The notes under the pieces are model-generated. The model was not told the DNA's origin and ran no database searches. It saw nothing but the letters and a program-made list of their open reading frames with translations. DNA of 64,000 bases, from assembly GCA_025057115.1 (NCBI GenBank), contig JANWWZ010000003.1, forward strand, positions 241,025 through 305,024, read 5' to 3'. Position 1 is the first letter of the stretch; the number at the start of each line of letters is the position of its first letter. Below are positions 8,424 to 17,822 of the stretch, piece after piece. The stretch comes from Bernardetiaceae bacterium (GTDB lineage: Bacteria > Bacteroidota > Bacteroidia > Cytophagales > Thermoflexibacteraceae). The position numbers and the translations under genes were made by a program.

Positions 8424-10643
8424 TTAGCTTTCGGCAGGAAGGGGGAATTGAATATGAAAAATGCTACCTCCTGCTGGGTTAGGTGTTGCCCAGATACGTC
8501 CGCCGTGCTTTGCCATAAATTCACTGCAAATGTGAAGGGCAATGCCTGCTCCGCGCTCGCCTTTGGTGCCTATTTTGGAAACAGTGAGCCGAAAAATTTT
8601 TTCCGCTTCTTCCTCAGAAAGTCCCATGCCTTGATCTATGCAGCGCACACAAGTATAGGAATCTTGTCGTTCATACTCTATGATAATTTTTTTGTCTGGG
8701 AAGGTGAATTTCACAGCATTGGAGATTACATTTCTCAAAATAAATTCTAACATATTTTTATCGGCGAATAGCACAGCCTCCTTAGGAACGCGATTGAGTA
8801 CTTCTATGTGTTTAGCGGCGATTTGCGGTTCAAATAAATCTACAGTTTTTTTCACTATGGGGAATAAATCTACATAAGTAGGCTCAAAATTAAAGCTACC
8901 AGTTTGCAGCCGTGCCCAGTCCAACAGATTGCTAAGCAACTGATGCACATTAGTCAATGACTTGCCGATTTGTTGCAAAGCCGCTTGTACCTCTTCTTCG
9001 CCTAATTTTACTTGCTGGCTGCGAAGCAGTTCGAGCATGGCAGAAAGCCCTGCCAAAGGAGTGCGAATATCATGAGCTACAATAGAAAAAAGTTTGTCTT
9101 TAGTGGCAATTAATTCTTCAAGATCTCGCTTTTGTTTATGTAGCTGTTCATTTTGTTGCAAAATAATTTTGTTGCGGTCTTTGAGAAGTTGTTGGTATTT
9201 TATTCGTGCACTAAGCAAGTAACCAAAGGCAATCACTGCCACAATGGCAATTAAAGAAATGACAAAGAAAAAATTGCGCTGCATTTCCGTTTTTTCTTGC
9301 TCTCTTTTGACTTGTTCTTGTCTGTTATTTGCTTCCATTTGCTGAATTGCTTTTTGCTGTTCATTGAGCGCTTCTTGGGTAAGCAAAAATTCCAACGACC
9401 TGAGCTCTCGTTCTATGGAATCTTTTCCATTGTGATAAATTTTGTAGTACTTGACAAAATTATTAGCATCTTCCATTAGCAAGTAAGTCTGTGCCATGGC
9501 CTCGTAGGCTTGAACAATCAAAGGCGGTTGCTGAATTTCAAGAGCAATTTGAATAGCTTTTTGATGGGCTTGTAACGCTTGTTTAAACTGCTTTTGAGAG
9601 GCAAAGTGCTTGGCTATTTCAGTATAGGCGTAGCTAAGGTTTTGCTTATCACCTGCTTCTTCAAAAGCCACAAGTGCCTCGTGAAGGTAAAAATACGTTT
9701 TATCAGGTTGTCCTTGTGCCAAATACACTTTTCCAATTAGCAGTTGAGTAAGGGCCACATCGCGTGGCGAGGCTTTAGTGCCTTTTTTCATCTCTAATGC
9801 AATGAGCAGGTTATTAAGTGCCTTGCGATAGTTGCCCTCTTGCAAATACACGTTACTAATGTGTGTCAGTACGATAGCAATGCCTCGCCTATTGCCATTT
9901 TTTTGGTTAATCTGGAGAGCCAAATTGAAATATTCCATCGCCTTGCGCAAATTTCCTTGCAAAATGTAAAACTCTCCTAATGTGGAAAAAGACCGCGCAA
10001 TCATTTCTCCGGAAACATCGATGCGTCGGCGAACTTCAAGGGCTTGTTTGGCATACTGAATTGCTTGAGTATATTTCCCTTGATAGTTAAAAATATAGCT
10101 CAGCGCGTTGAGAAAATTAGCATAATGAAAATCATTTTCTTTTCCACTTGACTTTAGCAACGTAAGAGCATCTCGGAGGTAGACTGTAGCAATGTCATAT
10201 CTAAAATCTAAAAAAAGTGCTACGCCCATTTTGCCTTTGGAAATACCTATGTAAAGAGTATCCCTTAAATTATCGGCAATGATGTAAGCTCGGTGGAAAA
10301 TCGAGTAGGCTTCTTTAGGCTTGCGCTGAGAGAGAGAGCATTCACCTAAATTAAAAAGGGCTTGAAGCATTTGCTGTTTATCACTGTACCTTTCAGCAGC
10401 ATCCCGAGCGCGCACTGCATATTGATAAGCACTATCAGGGTTATGCTGAAAATACAGCGCTGAAAGTTGGTTGTAGATCTTAGCATGTCCAGAAGCAGAT
10501 ACGCTAGGCAACTTCTTTTTAAGGCTATCTATGCGGTGTTCTATGGGATTGCTACCCACAACTTGATAAGGCAAGAATATCCACACGCAACAAAGTGCTG
10601 CCAGCCATGAGTTTCCTAACCGTATGAGTTGCCTATTGCGCAT
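8424..10643 (-). CDS. TPR-repeat sensor histidine kinase (no receiver domain)
   Basis: N-terminal signal/TM, a long TPR region, one TM (FFFVISLIAIVAVIAFGYLL) and a coiled coil. The H-box is FSIVAHDIRTPL, followed by an HATPase_c region (G-boxes DQGMGL, GERGAGIAL). Confidence 0.85.
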   Translation of the reverse strand: MRNRQLIRLGNSWLAALCCVWIFLPYQVVGSNPIEHRIDSLKKKLPSVSASGHAKIYNQLSALYFQHNPDSAYQYAVRARDAAERYSDKQQMLQALFNLGECSLSQRKPKEAYSIFHRAYIIADNLRDTLYIGISKGKMGVALFLDFRYDIATVYLRDALTLLKSSGKENDFHYANFLNALSYIFNYQGKYTQAIQYAKQALEVRRRIDVSGEMIARSFSTLGEFYILQGNLRKAMEYFNLALQINQKNGNRRGIAIVLTHISNVYLQEGNYRKALNNLLIALEMKKGTKASPRDVALTQLLIGKVYLAQGQPDKTYFYLHEALVAFEEAGDKQNLSYAYTEIAKHFASQKQFKQALQAHQKAIQIALEIQQPPLIVQAYEAMAQTYLLMEDANNFVKYYKIYHNGKDSIERELRSLEFLLTQEALNEQQKAIQQMEANNRQEQVKREQEKTEMQRNFFFVISLIAIVAVIAFGYLLSARIKYQQLLKDRNKIILQQNEQLHKQKRDLEELIATKDKLFSIVAHDIRTPLAGLSAMLELLRSQQVKLGEEEVQAALQQIGKSLTNVHQLLSNLLDWARLQTGSFNFEPTYVDLFPIVKKTVDLFEPQIAAKHIEVLNRVPKEAVLFADKNMLEFILRNVISNAVKFTFPDKKIIIEYERQDSYTCVRCIDQGMGLSEEEAEKIFRLTVSKIGTKGERGAGIALHICSEFMAKHGGRIWATPNPAGGSIFHIQFPLPAES

Positions 10644-11078
10644 TGGAGTGGTATAGCGTAATAACCTTTACCCATCAGTCGAGAAGATTTTTCAAGGGAA
10701 AATCTACACAAGCTAAGTAAGTTTTCACATTTACTGACGCTTGTAAAGATTAATTCTTAATACTGCCAAAATATAGTTGAATCGCTGCGTTTAAGCAAAA
10801 ATATTTGTGCTTAGCACTAACTCGTACAAATTCTTTCCATTACTTTGAGTAGAGCATTTACCCAAGACCTCAAAAATTAATCTCAGAAGAAAAACAACTT
10901 ACCAGTATAGCAAAAGTACGAAAAAGTCCTCAGTGGAAAGCGTCGGTTGAGTTCCGTTGTAATGGTTACAATAGCGCTCAACTATTTGCCAATTGCCTTT
11001 AGTATTATTCTTTTATTGGGTTGTTTTGCTGTGTTTCATGGCATCGGGCTTTGTGCAATTTTGTAAAATAATTTATCC

Positions 11079-11666
11079 ATGCTGAAAAAACTCTGCAAGC
11101 TTATTTTTCAAATAATCGGATGGAAAGCCGTAGATTATTCTCAAAGACTTAGTGGATATAACCCTCCTGTCAGAAAATTTGTCATGATAGTGGCGCCGCA
11201 TACCAGCAATTGGGATTTTGTCATCGCTCTTATTGCGCGATACATACTGGGATACGGTTCTAACACAAAATTTTTAGCAAAAAATACTCTTTTTCGCTTT
11301 CCCTTGAAGTATTTATTGGATGCACTAGGAGGCATACCAGTAGATAGAAGCCAAAAAAATCGATTAACTGAGCAAATTGCTAGCCAGTTCAGCCAAGCAG
11401 GCAACGAGCTCGGAATTGTAATTGCTCCCGAAGGCACGCGAAAATACACCCCCAATTGGAAAAGGGGTTTTTATTACATCGCCTTAAAAGCCAACGTGCC
11501 CATTTTACCTGTTGCGATGGATTATCAGAACAAACTTATCAGCGTACATCCTCCTTTTTTTCCTACAGGGAATGTAGAAAGCGATATTGCTCAATTAAAG
11601 CGCTTCTTTCGCAAGGAAATGGCGCGTTATCCAGATCAATATGCTGAATCACCTACCTCTAACTAA
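11079..11666 (+). CDS. Lysophospholipid/glycerol-3-phosphate acyltransferase family protein (PlsC-like)
   Basis: HX4D motif (APHTSNWDF) and an APEGTR block, both characteristic of PlsC-type acyltransferases. Confidence 0.75.
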   Translation: MLKKLCKLIFQIIGWKAVDYSQRLSGYNPPVRKFVMIVAPHTSNWDFVIALIARYILGYGSNTKFLAKNTLFRFPLKYLLDALGGIPVDRSQKNRLTEQIASQFSQAGNELGIVIAPEGTRKYTPNWKRGFYYIALKANVPILPVAMDYQNKLISVHPPFFPTGNVESDIAQLKRFFRKEMARYPDQYAESPTSN

Positions 11667-11676
11667 GTAGTATCCG

Positions 11677-11684
11677 TATCTTTG
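11677..11684 (+). promoter_or_regulatory. Candidate -7 promoter box (TATCTTTG)
   Basis: TAnnTTTG match 70 nt upstream of the decarboxylase ATG at 11755. Confidence 0.3.
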
Positions 11685-11754
11685 CTGCTGAAAAGATAAA
11701 AAGGTATAGTTAAACATATTTTGTTGCGTTTGCACTTCCTCACTGGCTTTTTCC

Positions 11755-13173
11755 ATGACCATAGAAGAGTTTCGCAAGTATGCCCATGAGCTAGTAGATT
11801 GGATGGCAGATTATCTAAATAACATTGAGCAATATCCTGTCAAGGCATTTGTAGCTCCAGGGGAGGTACTCCATCGAATTCCAAACATGCCACCTGAGAC
11901 GGGGGAGCCTTTCGAAAATATTTTTGCCGATTTTATTAAAATCATTTTACCTGGCATGACGCATTGGCAACATCCTGGATTTATGGGTTATTTTCCAGCC
12001 AATAGCAGCCCGCCTTCCGTGCTAGCGGAAATGCTCACAGCTACTCTTGCTGCCCAGTGTATGCTATGGCAAACCTCTCCAGCTGCCACAGAATTGGAAG
12101 AACGCATGATGCAATGGCTTGCACACCTGTGCGGATTGCCCACTCACTGGCATGGCGTTATCCAAGATACTGCTTCTTCCGCTACCCTTTGTGCTTTGCT
12201 CACAGCGCGAGAAAAATACTCCGCCCAGCGACAAATGGCAATTAATCAGTATGGATTTGAAGGGCAGCCCATTTTTCGCATTTACGCTTCCGCTGAAAGT
12301 CACAGTTCTGTAGAAAAAGCTGTCCGCATTGCTGGTTTTGGTAGCAATAACTTGGTAAAAGTACCAACGGACGACAATTTTTCTCTCAAAGTAGAACTAC
12401 TTGAGCAACAAATCAAAGAAGATCTACAAAAAGGTTATCAACCTTTGTGTGTGGTAGCTACCTTAGGCACTACTAGCTCCACTGGCATAGATCCTATTGG
12501 ACCAATTGGCAGGCTCTGCCAAGAAAATCACATGTGGCTACATGTAGATGCCGCCTACGCTGGAACAGCGCTCATGCTGCCAGAGTATCGCTATCTTGCT
12601 CAAGAACTTTCCTATGCGGATAGCTACGTATTCAATCCTCATAAATGGATGCTTACCAACTTTGATTGCAGTGCTTATTACGTAAAAGACAAAGAAGCCC
12701 TTTTACGCACTTTTGAAATCATGCCCGAGTATCTCAAAACGCCTTTGGATAGAGTGGTAAACAACTACCGCGATTGGGGCATTCCCTTAGGACGTCGGTT
12801 CCGCGCATTAAAATTGTGGTTCGTACTACGCACTTACGGCGCTGAAAACCTTCGCGCCCTCTTGCGCCATCACATCAACCTTGCCAAGCAGTTTGCCAGT
12901 TGGCTAAAGGCAGATGATCGCTTCGAATTAATGGCACCTGTTCATTTCAACTTGGTTTGTTTCCGACTCAAACCCAAGCAAGGAGAGGATGAATCATTTA
13001 CCGAGCAGCGAAATGAACAGCTTCTCAACGCTATCAATCAGACGGGACATTTCTTTTTAACCCATACGCGGCTGAATGGAAAATACACCTTGCGAGCAGT
13101 GTTCGGGCAAACGTATGTAAAGGAAAAGCATGTTAGGGCGTTGTGGCACTTGATTAGCCAGTTAGCATTGTAG
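11755..13173 (+). CDS. Pyridoxal-dependent (group II, aromatic-L-amino-acid/tyrosine decarboxylase-like) decarboxylase
   Basis: 472 aa. PLP-lysine motif FNPHKW. The N-terminal region (FRKYAHELVDWMADYL...HWQHPGFMGYFP) is typical of DDC-family enzymes. Confidence 0.85.
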   Translation: MTIEEFRKYAHELVDWMADYLNNIEQYPVKAFVAPGEVLHRIPNMPPETGEPFENIFADFIKIILPGMTHWQHPGFMGYFPANSSPPSVLAEMLTATLAAQCMLWQTSPAATELEERMMQWLAHLCGLPTHWHGVIQDTASSATLCALLTAREKYSAQRQMAINQYGFEGQPIFRIYASAESHSSVEKAVRIAGFGSNNLVKVPTDDNFSLKVELLEQQIKEDLQKGYQPLCVVATLGTTSSTGIDPIGPIGRLCQENHMWLHVDAAYAGTALMLPEYRYLAQELSYADSYVFNPHKWMLTNFDCSAYYVKDKEALLRTFEIMPEYLKTPLDRVVNNYRDWGIPLGRRFRALKLWFVLRTYGAENLRALLRHHINLAKQFASWLKADDRFELMAPVHFNLVCFRLKPKQGEDESFTEQRNEQLLNAINQTGHFFLTHTRLNGKYTLRAVFGQTYVKEKHVRALWHLISQLAL

Positions 13174-13184
13174 GCATTGTTACA

Positions 13185-13192
13185 TATCTTTG
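13185..13192 (+). promoter_or_regulatory. Candidate -7 promoter box (TATCTTTG)
   Basis: TAnnTTTG match 20 nt upstream of the ATG at 13213. Confidence 0.35.
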
Positions 13193-13212
13193 CATAGAAA
13201 GCCTTTCTTCCG

Positions 13213-13647
13213 ATGCCCACCGAGCTGCTACAAATAAGAAAACTGCTACAGCAAAAAGGCGTGCGCAAAACTCGCATCAGGGAAGCAATGCTAGCCCTTT
13301 TTCTAGAGAAAGGGTATGCCCTTTCTCATGCTGACATAGAAGGACTGCTGCCCCAAAACTTTGACCGCGTAACTATTTACAGAACTCTCAAATCATTTGA
13401 AGAACAAGGACTTATCCACAAAGTGCCCGACGAAAAAGGAATTATGCGCTATGCACTTTGTCCCGAAGGATGCTCTCAGGCTGAGCATATAGATAGTCAT
13501 TTGCACTTTTTTTGTCGGCAATGCCAACGGACTTATTGCTTACACATTCCTCTTCCGCCCTTACCACTAATGCCTACAGGTTTTCGTGCAGAAGGTTTTG
13601 AGTGGAACGCACACGGCATTTGCAAAAATTGTAGTCAGGTATTGTAA
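13213..13647 (+). CDS. Fur-family metalloregulator (Fur/Zur/PerR type not resolvable)
   Basis: Winged-helix N-terminus (RKTRIREAMLALF...VTIYRTLKSFEEQGLI). C-terminal CxxC pairs (CRQC, CKNC). Confidence 0.8.
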   Translation: MPTELLQIRKLLQQKGVRKTRIREAMLALFLEKGYALSHADIEGLLPQNFDRVTIYRTLKSFEEQGLIHKVPDEKGIMRYALCPEGCSQAEHIDSHLHFFCRQCQRTYCLHIPLPPLPLMPTGFRAEGFEWNAHGICKNCSQVL

Positions 13648-13677
13648 GTTTTTTTACTTCTTACCTCAAAACCGTTG

Positions 13678-16600
13678 CTATCCTACTATTAATTCTTCTT
13701 TTTGCTGGGCTTGCAAGTTAGTTTGCGGCAAAGGCATCAGGGCAATTTCTTTAGAGAAGAATGCGTAAATAGCTGGAATGATATAAAGAGTAAGCCCTGT
13801 GGAAATGACCATGCCACCGATTACAGCAATTCCCATGGAAACGCGGCTTTCTGCGCCTGCTCCTAAAGCTAAGGCAATAGGTAGCGTGCCTAAAATAGTT
13901 GAAAGAGCTGTCATCAGAATAGGGCGAAAACGCTGTACGGCAGCTTGCTTGACTGCTTCTAACTTTCTAATGCCTTGTTCTTTTTTCTGATTGGCAAACT
14001 CTACAATTAAAATGGCATTCTTGGTTACCAGACCGATGAGCATAATCATACCTATTTGGCTGAAAATGTTGAGAGTTTGTTTGAAAAACCAAAGAGAAAA
14101 CAAGGCGCCCGCTACAGCCAGTGGCACTGTAAACATAATAATGAGAGGGTCGCGGAAACTTTCAAACTGACCTGCCAGCACTAGATAAATGAGCGTGAGG
14201 GCAAGTACAAAGGCGAATAACAAACTTGAAGAACTTTCCTTGAACTCTTTGGACTGTCCCGCCAATGCTGTGGTAAAAGATTCATCTAGTACTCGGTCAG
14301 CGATTTCATACATGGCATTTAATCCATCGCCAATAGTTTTGCCTGGAGCAGGAGTTGCCAAAATAGTAGCGGAAACAAATCGATTGTATCGCAGCAAAGC
14401 AGGCGGACTGCTCTCTTCCCGCAGAGTTACTAAGTTATCTAACTGAATCAAATTGCCATATCGATTGCGCACATACAAAGAGCGAAGGTCCAAAGGTTCG
14501 TTGCGGTCAGAGCGGCTCATTTCGCCAATGACTTGATACTGCTTGCCGTTCATAATAAAGTACCCAAAGCGCATTCCACTAAAACCTAGCTGGAGCGTTT
14601 GAGCAATATCCAGTATATTAACCCCCAGTGCATTGGCTTTTTCCCTGTCTATGCTCAAGCTAATTTCTGGTTTGGTAAACTTGAGATTGACATCCACTGT
14701 AGTTAATGCTGGATGTGCTTGAGCTTCTGCAACAAACTGGGGAAGTACTTGGCGAAGTTTTTCCAGCGTAGGGGCTTGGATGACAAACTGCACAGGTTGA
14801 CCAGAACGGCGATTGCCTATAGTAGGAGCTTGGGTAGCAATGGCTCGCGCTTCGCTCAAGTTGCGCAATTTCGCATTGAGCATATCGGCAATTTGCTGCT
14901 GAGTGCGCTGGCGTTGATGCGGTTCCACTAGCTCTAATCGCGCCAGTCCTGTGTTAGCAGCTCCTGACATAAAAGGCGGCGAAGTAATGCCAATCACGGC
15001 TTTGGCTTCTGGAACTAACGCTTTGAGGGTATCCAATAGCTTGACCATATAGGCATCCATGTATTCAAAAGAAGCGCCTTCAGGTCCAGTTACTAAGATG
15101 CGAATACTGGAGCGGTCTTCTAGTGGGGCAAGCTCTTGTGGCAGTTGTTGATATGTTACCACTATCACCGCAAGAGCAGTAGCAATGATGGGAAAAGATA
15201 TCCAACGGCGGCGCATGAAAGCAGTTAGAGAGTTTTCATATTGCTGGTTGAGCCAAGTAAAGAAACTTTCTGTGCGAGTATAAAACCAGTTGTGTTTTAG
15301 GCGGCGTTTTAACAGGCGCGCTGACATCATAGTAGTGAGAGTAAGAGCAACAAAGGAAGAAATAACTACCGAGCCAGCAATTACTACTCCAAACTCCTTA
15401 AACAACTTGCCCGTAATGCCCTGCAAAAAAATCACTGGCATGAATACAGCCACTAAAGCAACAGTGGTCGATACAACGGCGAAGAAAATCTCTTGCGCTC
15501 CTTTAAAACCTGCTTCCATAGGTACCATTCCGTTTTCAATTTTTGCGTAGATGTTTTCCAGCACTACGATGGCATCGTCCACCACCAGACCGATAGCCAG
15601 CACAATGCCTAACATGGTGAGCACGTTGATAGTAAAGCCAGCAAGGTACATAATGAAAAATGCACCAATTAAGGAAACAGGAATAGCCAGCAGGGGAATA
15701 AGAGTAGTTCGCCAGTCGCGCAGGAAGAGGAAGATAATTAGGGCTACTAAAACGAAAGCTACGTAAACGCTTTCTTGCACCTCTGCAATAGAAGCGCGGA
15801 TATATTTGGTATCATCAAAGCCTACGTAAATGTCTATATCCTCGGGCAAGTCGCGGCGGATTTGTTCAAGTCGTTTGTAAAACTCGTTGCTAATAGCTAT
15901 TTGGTCAGCGCCAGGTTGGGGTTCTATTGCATACCCTACCATATACCGACCATCGCGGCGGAAAAGCGTGCGTTGGTTTTCTGCTGTAAGTTTAGCCGTT
16001 CCTATATCGCCGAAGGTAACCACCCTCTCACCAATTTGTTTAATGACAAGTCTGTTGAAATCTTCTTCTGTAACTAGGCGCCCAAAGGTTTTTACCGTTA
16101 GTTCGGTAGTATTTCCTTCTATGCGTCCAGAGGGCAGCTCTACATTTTCGCGCAGGAGAGCTTGGCGTACATCTAAAGGAGTGAGTTGATAGGCAGCTAG
16201 CTTATCCACATCGATGAGCAATCGCATGGCATATTTTTTCTCACCCCAAACGCGCACTCCCGCTACTCCAGGAATGGTTTGCAGTCTTTCCTTAATCAAC
16301 TTTTCGCCGATGGCAGTGATTTCTAACGTACTGCGGGTGTTGCTTTGAGCATAAAGGCTAATGATAAATACACCATTGGCATCGGCTTTTGCTACTACAG
16401 GCGGATCGCATTCAGCAGGTAGACGCCCTAGTGCCCCTGATACTTTGTCTCGTACATCATTGGCTGCCTCATCTATATCCGTTTCCAAAGTAAACTCTAT
16501 GTTAATGACGCTGCGCCCATCGCTGCTGGTAGAGGTGATGGAAGCTATGCCTGGAATGCCGTTGATGGCTTCTTCCAATGGCTCAGTAATTTGGGACTCT

Positions 16601-16776
16601 ATAATTTCAGCACTTGCCCCAGCAAACGTAGTAAATACCGATACTACAGGCGTTTCTACATTAGGATATTCTCTTACGCCTAAATATCGAAAACCAATCA
16701 AACCAAAAATGACAATGGCTAAGTTGAGTACAATGGTGAGAACTGGTCTTCTAATGCTAATGGTGGAAAGGCTCAT
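13678..16776 (-). CDS. RND efflux transporter permease (AcrB/HAE family)
   Basis: 1032 aa with 12-TM RND topology. The conserved N-terminus is SISIRRPVLTIVLNLAIVIFG...REYPNVETPVVSV. Confidence 0.9.
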   Translation of the reverse strand: MSLSTISIRRPVLTIVLNLAIVIFGLIGFRYLGVREYPNVETPVVSVFTTFAGASAEIIESQITEPLEEAINGIPGIASITSTSSDGRSVINIEFTLETDIDEAANDVRDKVSGALGRLPAECDPPVVAKADANGVFIISLYAQSNTRSTLEITAIGEKLIKERLQTIPGVAGVRVWGEKKYAMRLLIDVDKLAAYQLTPLDVRQALLRENVELPSGRIEGNTTELTVKTFGRLVTEEDFNRLVIKQIGERVVTFGDIGTAKLTAENQRTLFRRDGRYMVGYAIEPQPGADQIAISNEFYKRLEQIRRDLPEDIDIYVGFDDTKYIRASIAEVQESVYVAFVLVALIIFLFLRDWRTTLIPLLAIPVSLIGAFFIMYLAGFTINVLTMLGIVLAIGLVVDDAIVVLENIYAKIENGMVPMEAGFKGAQEIFFAVVSTTVALVAVFMPVIFLQGITGKLFKEFGVVIAGSVVISSFVALTLTTMMSARLLKRRLKHNWFYTRTESFFTWLNQQYENSLTAFMRRRWISFPIIATALAVIVVTYQQLPQELAPLEDRSSIRILVTGPEGASFEYMDAYMVKLLDTLKALVPEAKAVIGITSPPFMSGAANTGLARLELVEPHQRQRTQQQIADMLNAKLRNLSEARAIATQAPTIGNRRSGQPVQFVIQAPTLEKLRQVLPQFVAEAQAHPALTTVDVNLKFTKPEISLSIDREKANALGVNILDIAQTLQLGFSGMRFGYFIMNGKQYQVIGEMSRSDRNEPLDLRSLYVRNRYGNLIQLDNLVTLREESSPPALLRYNRFVSATILATPAPGKTIGDGLNAMYEIADRVLDESFTTALAGQSKEFKESSSSLLFAFVLALTLIYLVLAGQFESFRDPLIIMFTVPLAVAGALFSLWFFKQTLNIFSQIGMIMLIGLVTKNAILIVEFANQKKEQGIRKLEAVKQAAVQRFRPILMTALSTILGTLPIALALGAGAESRVSMGIAVIGGMVISTGLTLYIIPAIYAFFSKEIALMPLPQTNLQAQQKEELIVG

Positions 16777-16924
16777 ACTAAATCCATTTTCGGAATAAAC
16801 TCAAAGCCAATCAGTGGTGTTGATATGCTTGCTGCAGGAGTAAATGTATGGAAAATGGGCGGTTAAATTGTGGTTGTGCTGAATATTTTTAATAGCAATA
16901 CAACCAGCAACGGTCGGAAATTGT

Positions 16925-17515
16925 TTACAAAACGCGTTCTAGTACAGTGAGTAATTCAGAGAGCATGCGCGCAGTAGCTCCCCAGATTTCTTTTCCGTTA
17001 GCTTGAAAAGTGGTGTAGGGCACTTTCCTACCGTCGGGCAAGGTAACTTCCTTACTTCCCCTAATGTCTCTGCGGCGAAGGTAGGAAACAGAAAGCCAAA
17101 ATATCTCGGCTACTTCTTTGGGATTAGGTACAAAATGCGGCGCATGGGCAAGCACCGCCACCACTGGTACTACTAATGAATTGCTGGGCGGTATGTATAC
17201 TTCATGTAGTTGCCCCACCACTTGGCTGCGGTTTACTAGCAATCCTGTTTCTTCATAAGTTTCTCTAATGGCAGTATCGATGGCATCGGCATCCTGAAGG
17301 TCGCACTTGCCCCCAGGAAAAGCCACCTGACCGCTATGAACTCCTTGATAATGATTGCGCACAATAAAAGGCAAATACCAACTGCCATTTTGGGGAAAAA
17401 GTGCCAACATTACCGCAGCCTTGCAAGGAGGAGTAAGATAGTTGCCTTGCCATTGGAGGGAAGTATGAGAACGCAAATAGTTATCTAATGCCCGCGCTAC
17501 TGCTTCCGCTATCAT
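16925..17515 (-). CDS. NUDIX hydrolase, CoA pyrophosphatase-like
   Basis: Nudix box GGKCDLQDADAIDTAIRETYEETGL. ATG 17515 is preferred over TTG 17530 because a -7 box lies at 17538-17545. Confidence 0.75.
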   Translation of the reverse strand: MIAEAVARALDNYLRSHTSLQWQGNYLTPPCKAAVMLALFPQNGSWYLPFIVRNHYQGVHSGQVAFPGGKCDLQDADAIDTAIRETYEETGLLVNRSQVVGQLHEVYIPPSNSLVVPVVAVLAHAPHFVPNPKEVAEIFWLSVSYLRRRDIRGSKEVTLPDGRKVPYTTFQANGKEIWGATARMLSELLTVLERVL

Positions 17516-17537
17516 AAGAAGTGTTTCCAATTTACCT

Positions 17538-17545
17538 CAAAGCTA
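17538..17545 (-). promoter_or_regulatory. Candidate -7 promoter box (TAGCTTTG on minus strand)
   Basis: Plus-strand CAAAGCTA, 22 nt upstream of the ATG at 17515. Confidence 0.3.
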
Positions 17546-17822
17546 AGTATTCAGCGAAAGTGTTGTGTCTAAAAAATAATTGTAGCCTGCTAACTCACTA
17601 ACTTGTCAGCAAATATTTTAGTGCTGCTTTAAGAGATGATGCAAGTTAGCAAGAGAACTTTGCGAAAAACTTTGCAATATAATAATTATTTTGAGCTGGT
17701 GCTTTTCTAAAATCGTTTGCAATTGGTTTTTGTTTCAATAGAGTAGCATCACTGCGAGCAATATGTTGATTTAGCCTGCAATTCACTACTGCCGATGCCA
17801 AATTGATTTAAAAGCATCCAAA

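Noticed and set aside
8369-8542. 5' extension of the alpha-2-macroglobulin ORF (ORF-track start at 8542), which overlaps the 3' end of the histidine kinase gene
   Set aside because: The extension has no signal peptide and overlaps the kinase HATPase coding region. The internal ATG at 8368 gives a textbook lipoprotein signal (MKTLFAIRVVSLSLLVTGLVAC).
13586-13768. 60-aa plus-strand ORF bridging the fur-family gene end and the RND gene end
   Set aside because: It overlaps two confident convergent genes and has no support.
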